The notes under the pieces were generated by a model, which was not told the DNA's origin, ran no database searches, and saw only the letters and a list, made by a program, of their open reading frames with translations. A stretch of 64,000 nucleotides of DNA, taken from assembly GCA_958009085.1 (NCBI GenBank), contig OY253675.1, positions 124,001 to 188,000 of the forward strand, in the 5' to 3' direction. This document shows, piece by piece, positions 55,678 to 64,000 of the stretch; position 1 is the first letter of the stretch, and each line of letters starts with the position of its first letter. A program made the translations under genes and the position numbers. This DNA is from Protoeuglena noctilucae (lineage: Eukaryota).

Positions 55678-57345
55678 TCACTCGGACTCGTCATCGCTGA
55701 AAGCAGCCCGCAGCTCCGCCACTACACGCTCTAGCAGCCCCGGCTCCTCGCCCGTGTTGACCAGGTCCGCGCCGCGATCGGCCATCCGAAGTACAGTTTC
55801 GGCTGTGTATAGCACCACCACCTCGGCTGTGCGCAGCAAGTTGCTGGCAACCGCACCAATGGGTGTCACGCCCTCCTCGTCCCGCACCTCTAGGTCTGCC
55901 CCCGCGTCCAGCAGCAGGTCCACGCATGCAGCATGCTTCACCATGTGCAGGGGCATCTCGCCATCGTCATCTGCAGCACTGGCGTCCGCCCCCGCGGCCA
56001 GCAGCAGCTGCGTGACCTCTACTGCCGCCTCCTCTTGGTCACCTTGCACCGCGCAGTGCAAAGCCGTGTCACCCCCCCAGTCCCTGTAATGGACGTCCGC
56101 GCCCAGCTCGATCAGAGCGCGGACGGCATCGACATGGCCATCAGCGCATGCGCTCTGGAGTGGGGAGTCGTTGACTCCGTCGCCCTCGATGCTCAGCCCA
56201 TGCGCCACCAGCCACCGCACCACCTCCCCGGTCGCCGCGTCGTGCATCGCGGTGCTCCCAACAACGCTGGTGGCAGTCACATCGGCCCCCAGACCCACCA
56301 GTGTCTCCATCACAGCCAGGTTGTCTGCACGTGCTGCCGCATGTATGGCTGAACAACCGTTCCTTTTCACTGCATTTACGTCCGACCCTGCCTCCACCAG
56401 CCGCCTCACGATGGCCGGCGTCGGTTGACCGAGGCACAACGGCACCAACGTTTCGTCCCGCCCATCAGGCCCGACCTTGGCAGACGCCCCCGCCTCCAGC
56501 AGCGCCTCCACCACCGCTTCGTGAGCCCCTTGTCCGGCATGCACCAGCGCCGTCCACCACCCCCCGTCGTCATTGCCGCTTCCCGCATCCACCTGTGCCC
56601 CCGCTGCCAGGCACGCCTTCACCGCCTCCAGGCAGCCCCGCATCGCACAGTACGTCATCAGCGGCCACGCTCCCTGCAGCCGCCGGTTGACGTCCGCCCC
56701 CAACCCCACCGCCGCCCGCACCACCCGCGCCACCTCCTTGTCCCCCAGCGCGTACGCGCACTCCACCCTGCCGTCCGCCCCGCGCCCCACTGGCCGCCGC
56801 GCCTGCACCGCCACCATCAGCGGCGACTGGTCGACGTCCCGAACATCACGCACGGTCCACGACATGCCGTGGATGCCCGGCGCCTCCGCCAGCAGGGCCA
56901 GCCACCACAGCCCCAGGCTCGCCAGGTGGTGCGCATGGGACCCGTCATGCGCGTACACCACCAGCGGGGCGGCGTAGAGCACACCATTCCGAAGACGAGA
57001 ACGGCATTGACCGCGTATATCTTCGCGTCTGTCCTTTGCAGTGGCCCGGATGCGCCACGCCCTCCACACCTCGTCCACCTCGTCACGCATCTCCCGCGAC
57101 ACCTGCCGCGCCGCCGTCGCGTCGCGCAGTGGCACCAGCCGCAGGATCTCGCGATGCAGCTCCCCGGGCAGGTCGCCCCACCCTGCGCGCGCGACCGGAC
57201 CAGGCGGGGTGGCGCAGCATGACCAGCCATAGCATGCACCGGCGGGTGGCGGGTGGCCTCGCTGCAGCGCCTCACCCACGCGCGGACCCCGCCGGCTGTC
57301 CCCCGACGCTCGCTCAGCATTATCATCGCCCGCCATCGCCACCAT
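55678..57345 (-). CDS. F-box-like + ankyrin-repeat protein, copy 4
   Basis: WGDLPGELHREILRLVPLRD plus ankyrin repeats; same predicted first intron. Confidence 0.85.
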   Translation of the reverse strand: MVAMAGDDNAERASGDSRRGPRVGEALQRGHPPPAGACYGWSCCATPPGPVARAGWGDLPGELHREILRLVPLRDATAARQVSREMRDEVDEVWRAWRIRATAKDRREDIRGQCRSRLRNGVLYAAPLVVYAHDGSHAHHLASLGLWWLALLAEAPGIHGMSWTVRDVRDVDQSPLMVAVQARRPVGRGADGRVECAYALGDKEVARVVRAAVGLGADVNRRLQGAWPLMTYCAMRGCLEAVKACLAAGAQVDAGSGNDDGGWWTALVHAGQGAHEAVVEALLEAGASAKVGPDGRDETLVPLCLGQPTPAIVRRLVEAGSDVNAVKRNGCSAIHAAARADNLAVMETLVGLGADVTATSVVGSTAMHDAATGEVVRWLVAHGLSIEGDGVNDSPLQSACADGHVDAVRALIELGADVHYRDWGGDTALHCAVQGDQEEAAVEVTQLLLAAGADASAADDDGEMPLHMVKHAACVDLLLDAGADLEVRDEEGVTPIGAVASNLLRTAEVVVLYTAETVLRMADRGADLVNTGEEPGLLERVVAELRAAFSDDESE

Positions 57346-58091
57346 GTCTGCGGACACGGCCTCCGCGCACCGTCACGACTGCCCAGGCACACGCCCTACT
57401 CAGCCAGCGCAGGCGCGGCGTCCGAGGCCTCCATGCCAACCCCGTCCTGCCAAGCAGCTCTAAGCAACTCACGCGTCCTACACACGGCCCCCTCGGCCCC
57501 GGAACGATGCGGCGCGGACGCAGACGAGGCCTCAAGCTTTGCACTGCGTGACCAGCCTCAGTTCCGGCTCACTCCGCTCCCGCGCTCGCGACCGATGGCT
57601 CGGGCTCGCATCCCACGACTCGCTAGATGTGCGCTGCGCCGGGCCCGAGCCCCGCGGTCGGTCCCCGGGCCGCGCGGGGGAGGCCCCCTGTCGGTTGCGC
57701 GCCAGGCCTGCGATTGCCCCGCTGCGGTCGCCGTCTGCGTCGATGCGCGCGTCGGCCGGGCCATCCGTCAGCGAGTGTCTCCGATCGCGTCCCCCCACCC
57801 AACGATCGCCCAGGGAAACACACACGCGAAAAATTAGTCATTTAGTCCGCGTTTGCGCGTCTAAGTTGCTGCGCACGCACCGCTGTGTACTGTAGACAGG
57901 TATGCAAGGGCAAAGATGCTGAGTATTGCCTCCAAGCGGCGACGGTCTGTCTGCGGCGGGGAGCGCGATGTTGCCGCGCGTGCGCGGTTTATGCCACGCA
58001 GTCTCGTGGCATTAAGTACACCGAATGCAGCTGTAGATCTTTTTGTATCCCAGGTCCGGGCCTGTGCATCAAAAGCGGTCCTGCGCGTCGG

Positions 58092-58468
58092 ATGCACAGC
58101 GTGCGACCGAGCGACACGGACCCTCGCGACCCTGGGGACGAGGCGGGCGACCCCGTCGTCGATCAATTGGCGGACTGCAAGTGACGAGTGGCTTCCCGCA
58201 CTGCGCCGCGTCTCGTGATTTCGTGTTTGGCTCCATCTGGATCCATTGTGGCCTTCGCAGGGCAGCGTATCTAAGGCTGGAGGAGTGCCTGGGGGAGCAC
58301 GACAGGGACTGGCGGCGCTGCCAGAACGAGGTGCAGGCGCTGCGGGCTTGCAACGCCCGACGGACCACGGCTGGGGCTGCGGGGGGACCGCAGAGGGCGA
58401 CGGGCGAGGGTGCTGGGGCGGGGGGCGATTCCGGAACCGTCGCGGGCACTCCCGGGCCTGGCGCGTGA
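58092..58468 (+). CDS. COA4: Twin CX9C protein, COA4-like (intron 58181-58260)
   Basis: Spliced CKAAYLRLEECLGEHDRDWRRCQNEVQALRAC has the CX9C..DWR.CX9C signature. Confidence 0.75.
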
Positions 58469-58798
58469 GGATCGACGATATGAGACCCCTCTGGAGGTGG
58501 TCATGGGACTGGGGGACGGCCCACCCGCGGCTGGGGTGGCGAGCGGTGGCGGGCGCGGCAGGTGCGTGGAGTGGGCGGCCCGTCGCCCAAGACTATTAGG
58601 GTCTCTCTATATCCGGGTGCGGCTTGATAAAACACGATGCTTGATGCTCCTGAGAGCACCGCATGTTGTGCATCAACGAGGGAGTACCCCAGTAACTCAC
58701 AGCCCCCTGGGCACCCCGCGTGACCCACAGCTACCCAGCACTGCTTCGCTGCAGGGCCGCGTTCGCCTGCCGAGGCCTGGCATCCCTCGTTGCACGAC

Positions 58799-59231
58799 AT
58801 GGACATGCGACTGGTCTACCTGCACACGCTGCGGGCGGCGCGGCGCTTCCCGAGCGTCAAGCGCGAGGGCATCCTGCAGGAGATCAAGAGGGAGTTCAGA
58901 GAGGTGAGGAGAGGGCTAGCACTGTGCAGGAGATGGGAGAGGGGGTTGATGTCAGGAGGTGAGGAGAGGGTCAGCAGGTGTGGCCAAGTCCCGTCACCAC
59001 ACAACGACAGACAGGGACGGAGCCGCTGCGTGGCGCGATGCTCCGCTGTCGATGCGCTGTGCTGTGCTGGGTGCGTCGCAGGGGCGGCTGGTGCGTGACG
59101 CGGCGGAGGTGGCCAAGAGGCGTCGGCTGGCGTTGGAGAGCCTGGGTCAGCTGCAGGAGTACGTGGGGGCTGCGCGGAGGGGGGTGGATGCGAGCGTGTA
59201 CCTCAGGGGCGGGCTGCAGAGCGGGGAGTGA
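58799..59231 (+). CDS. LYR-motif (Complex1_LYR-like) mitochondrial protein (intron 58904-59081)
   Basis: MRLVYLHTLRAARRFPS..IKREFRE. Confidence 0.8.
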
Positions 59232-59599
59232 GGGTGATGGCGGTGGGGCTGCGAGAGCGACTGTGGCGGGGCTGCAGAGCGGGCAGCAGTGATGGAGAGG
59301 CGTGGAGGCAGCAGCGCTGTCCATTGTCATGAATGAGGCTCGAGAAGTGCACTTGCCGTTTCTTCACCATAGTCTTGTTGTCTTCGTCGCATGCGCGCGT
59401 CCTTTGCCCCGTTCCAGTGCATCTACTTGTGAGCTCTTTCTTCGTCACGCAAAGCACGATTTGCGGTGGCGCACAGATCCGCTTCAAGATGCAACGATGC
59501 GTGCTTGACACAACACATGGCAGCCATCCCCTTGCTGGAAAGATGTTCAGCACATTCCTCACGCTCTTGCATCACCATTGTTTCTCGTTAACACCATTG

Positions 59600-62500
59600 C
59601 CTCACGCGTGGTCGCTCCTCACCCCGCCAGGCGCGGCCTGTGCCTGACCATGCGCCCGAACCACCCGCTGTCCGGCATGGTTCGGGCCAGGTCCACAAGC
59701 CGTGCGTAGCTGGGCTTGGACTCCTCTGCAAAAGGCAAAAGGAACGAGAACAGTGAATGCATTATGGCATCGACAAACACGCTTTGCTACCCTGCTTGCT
59801 TCTCCCTCACCCCGCTTTACAGCAGCAGAGGCCCTTTCCTCTCTACACCAACCCCATCCCTCACCCGTGCTCAGCAGCAGCGGCTCCTCTCCCGCCCCGC
59901 CCTCCACGAACCCAAAGACCATCCATGGCCCGGGGTAGCACCGGAACACCCGCAGCACCTGCCCCGCCACGCGCTTCTGGGCCAGGAAGTACGTCTCCTC
60001 GCCCAGGGAAGCCACGAAGCGCTCGTTCTCCTCCCTGCGAGGCAGATTGTGTCATGCTTATTGTATATTTACTCTATAATGTGGCTATTGTATATTTACT
60101 GTATACAGTGTTGGAATGAAAATGAGGCAGGATGAGGCAGAATGAGGCATACAAGAAGGGACTGGGATCAACGGATGGTGTTCAAGGACAGATGACAGAG
60201 AACAGTCGCAGGTGCCCATGCTTGCTTTGGTCGGTGCTACCTCCCGCATGCCCCCGACAGCCCTGCTCTGCGGCAGACCAAGGTCGGCAGTCCGACCACC
60301 GCCTTCGCTCTCCTCCACGCACCTGGCCTGCCCCACGCCCAGCTCGCTGATCAGATTGCCCTCGAGCACCCACTGCGGGTTGATGACCAGGCCCAGCTGA
60401 CGGTCCCTGAGGATGCCCCGCGTCTGAGGGAGCGCGTCGCCCGCGGGGAAGAGCACGGCGGCAAAGGAGGGGTTCGCCCAGGCAGCCACCGCGTCCCCTT
60501 CGTCGACCAAACTCGGCATCATGCGGCCCGACAGGTCCGGGTGGGTCTTGACCTGGGGATGGGAGAGCCCTAGGGATGATTGTCGCATCATGCGCTTTGA
60601 CAGGTTTGCGCAGGAAACGGCAAGCGTCATGGGGAGGGAGCCCGGTGTGTTACTTCCCATCTTCCCCCCACTCACGTTCTGCAGGAGCGCCTGCGCCATG
60701 GGCAGTGCCACTTTAAACTGCTCCTGCACCCCTCCGGCCCAGAAACCGGCGTCCTCTGACACGCGCCGCAGGGCCAGGCCGGGTGTGGGGAGGAGGAGCT
60801 CCACGGTCTGAAGGGAACGCCCGGCGCTGCAGGGGTGGGGGAGACAGAGGGTGAGAGAGGGTAAGAGGGTGAGGGAGAGAGGGTGAGGGAGAGGGTGACA
60901 GGGGGTGAGAAGGAGAGGGTGATGGTGAGAGAAGTATGACACTATGATCAGTTTATACAACAACAGCTATCAACCTCATCGACTCTGGGCCACACCCCAA
61001 CGATGCATCCCCCGGCAGTCACCGGTAGGCGCGTAACACGGCAGCCGTGGCGTTGGTGACTTGCTCCTCCACGGTGCGTGGGAGGGCAATGGGGCGGCCG
61101 AGAGAGTCCAAAGCACGATTCGACGCCGTCCAGGGGCTCGCGGGGCCCGCCAGGCAGGGGGGCGGGGGCACCGGGGACGAGGGCGGCGGTGTGGCGGGTA
61201 CCGCCGTGGGCTCGACCGGCTCAGGATCCGGGGGCGAGGCGAGGTCCCCGGGGTTGGCCAGGCGGGGTGAGGGCGAGCGCGGGAGGGGTGGCCAGGGCGA
61301 GGGGGTTGCAGAGGCCGAATCGCCGGTCGCGGTGCGAAGGAGCTGCGGGGGGGTGGGCAATGAGGGGGTGGGGTCTGCTTGGGATGGGCAGGTGTGAGTG
61401 GGTAAGTGGTTACTACCTGTGACATAAACAGCATTGGTGGCAGGTGTGATGCATGGCTGCAGTTCATGCTGGCCCTGAGATACAGACACCTCAGACAACC
61501 TTACCGTCGTTCCCGGCCACCTCCCTCCTCTCACCTCCGGGCACGCCCTTCGCTTGTGCCCCGCCCCGCCGCAGTGCGTGCACCTCCCCAGGTACTGCAC
61601 GCCCCTCTCCGCCAACACGGCGTCCATCTGCCAGGGCGCCATGCCCAGCGCCGCGGCCCTCGCAGCCTTGCGTTCCAGCGAACGGTGAAGCTTCCTGGGT
61701 GGCAACAAGAATGGTTATATGGGAGGGTAGGGTACGGGTGCGATGAGCAAAGAAAACGAGAAGGAAAGGTCCCTGCGCTGCAAGCATTGACCTCTCACTC
61801 CCTTCTGCTCACCTCAGGTCCCTCCACTCAAGCCCCAGCATCCTCTCCTTCTCCTCAACTCACCTCAGGTCCCTCCGCAGCACCTCCTGCGCCTTCACCG
61901 CCTCCGCCCGCTGCGCCCTCTGCCGCCGCCTCTCCCGCAACTCCACGGGGGCCTCCACGTTGCGAGGGCACTTGCGGCGGTTGTGGCCCCGCTGCCCGCA
62001 CAAACTGCAGTGCCGCGGCTCTTTGGCGCGGGCGGGGCTGGCCGGAGACGGCTGGGCCGCGGCCTGCGGGGTGGGAGCAGTGGGCGCTGTGGGAAGGCTG
62101 TGCCTTGCATTTGCTGCAAGGGATTCGACACACCGGAGCACGCCACTGGCCCAGCCAGTGCGGACGCGCCCCTCACCTCGGCCTTCTTCCTCTGGTGGTA
62201 CCGCCGCAGTGCCTCGGCTCTCTTCTTGCGCCACTCCTCGGACTGCGGGCCCCGCCGGACGCCCCTCTGCCCCATCTGCATGCGCTTGCGCCACTGCAGG
62301 AACAGCAGGCCAGCTAAGTGCATGATAAGAGGTGTTGCATACAAGGCACTCCCTGTAGGCCGGGTCAGCGCAACTGGCCAGCTGCAGAACGCTCGCTTCT
62401 CGCCTTGGCGTCTCGAGGGACCCCCGGGAGCCCCCGGCCGTCCCTCTCGTCCTCCCACGCGTCGTTCTCGTCTTGCATCGCCTGCACCAGGTCCCGCACC

Positions 62501-62600
62501 CTCGGGGAGTCCCGCTCTGCGGTTAGGCGCAAGCACGATGGCTCTTAGCGAAACAATCGCAGAGAGCTGCACCTGGGAGATGCAGTGCCTGTCGTCCAGC
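59600..62600 (-). CDS. Multi-exon gene: CCHC zinc knuckles followed by a DUF1995-like domain (possibly two genes)
   Basis: CSLCGQRGHNRRKC and CTHCGGAGHKRRAC; PRTVEEQV..A.AAV, LVINPQW, RVFRCYPGPW. Ends uncertain. Confidence 0.55.
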
Positions 62601-64000
62601 ACGCTCGGCCGGATGCACTACATGTATGCAAACCAAGGGACGACCATCGGCAGAGCTGCCGGGCGCCCGCTCACCTGCGCCTTGCCGCCGATGCCGGCCC
62701 GGCGCTGCATCCACCCCCGCGCAGACCGGGCACGGCGCGCTCGCGCCCTCGCGTCCCAGCGGGAAGATTACTCTCGTGCCTCCGCAGCGACTGCACGTCC
62801 TGCGAGGGAGGCAGGGGTGCGCGCGAGGTCGCGTGGCGGGAGGCCGCGTCAGCCAAGCGTTGGGGTCGCGTCGCGCGGGGCCTCCGCGGCGCGCACGCGG
62901 ACGACGACGTCACGAAATGATATTTACGACAGTTTGTGAACGAACAATGGAACCTCCAGCGCGGACGGCCCAGCGCCGGCCCCACGCTCACCGGCTCTCT
63001 GTGCGAGGCAAGGGTGGCTCGTCCAGCGGCCTCCGAGCACTTCGCGGCGAGACCTGGTCAGCAGCGACCTCACGATAGTCGGTAACGATCGCCTGCTCGC
63101 GGGTAGCCGTGACCGCGGCCCCTGGCGTCGGCGCGAGGCTCCGGTTCCCATGGCCTCCGCCCCCTGCCGCGGCGACGCACGCCCGCCGCGGAGGATGCGG
63201 GGGCGAAACCAGGCCACGACTTGCTAGAACTGGACCTCGTTGCCACCGATGGCGGCCCGCAAGCCAACGCGCGCGACCGACGGGCGGGACCGCAAAGCAC
63301 GCATGCGGAAACGACGACCCCTGGGCCCCCATCGTCTCAATCGCAAAGCGTCAACATGCCGAAGCGGATGCGACCACTAACGCAACGCACGCGAGCGTTC
63401 CCGTGACGCAAAAACGCCGGGCTGCGGCTGGGTCCTGCGACGCAAACCTCAGCCGCACCCTACGCAGTCCAGGAGAGTCAGGAGCTATGAAGCACGCACG
63501 AGGAGCCACAAAGATCAAGTCTGAGCCCGGCCGCGCAATCATTGATGCTGTTCTGCAGGCGCCTGGGGTGTAGACCCTTCTGACGCACTGGGGAAGCGCA
63601 GAAAGCAATGTGCGCGGCGGGTTCCGACAGATCATGCATGTATGCCTGTTGCTCATCAAGGCGTTTCACTGCTCGCCCATGCTCAACGTCAGGCAAAGCC
63701 CGTTTCTCTCACACGGCGTGCTGCGCGGCCCACGTGGCCGCGACTGGGCGCAGGGATGAGCGGACCGAGGGAGCAGGATACACGGGGGATGGCGAGCTTC
63801 CGCTACCGGACGAAGGAGCAGCTCATTGCCGACACGCCCAGCAGGCACGCGCGCACGCCCCTGTCTAGCGCCATCCTCCCCTCGTCGCCGCCGCCGCAAC
63901 TCGTGGTTGACGACACTGATGAGAAATCTTGCGGCTTGCGCAGACGGGACGGCATCTCCTGGTACGAGGAGCGGGTTTTGCGGCGGACCATGTGCGAGTT

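Overview
GC-rich, intron-containing eukaryotic DNA, probably from a green alga (inferred from GC richness, short spliceosomal introns, tRNA-Ala(AGC) and a DUF1995-like gene). The centrepiece is a complete 19,278-bp endogenous Polinton-like virus (PLV) at 27670-46947. It has AG..CT ends, ~560-bp terminal inverted repeats (TIRs) and a 4-bp CGCC target-site duplication, confirmed by an empty copy of the target inverted at ~19030-19070. It encodes an rve integrase, a derived PolB in frame with an SF1 helicase-HNH, a Tlr6F-like protein, a fibre protein and a lipase. Its major capsid, minor capsid and packaging ATPase genes are disrupted. The element has two upstream motif classes, many GC hairpins (some apparently inserted in frame in genes) and two ORFs sharing a promoter cassette and a C-terminal tag. 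It sits in a nest of two LINE families pointing away from a convergent tRNA-Ala pair, with two more PLV-end remnants (14.7 kb, 50.9-52.4 kb). The island is bracketed by inverted clusters of mosaic F-box/ankyrin genes. Ordinary host genes (COA4-like, LYR, DUF1995-like, unknowns) lie at the edges. All family calls come from motif recognition by eye; no database searches were run.
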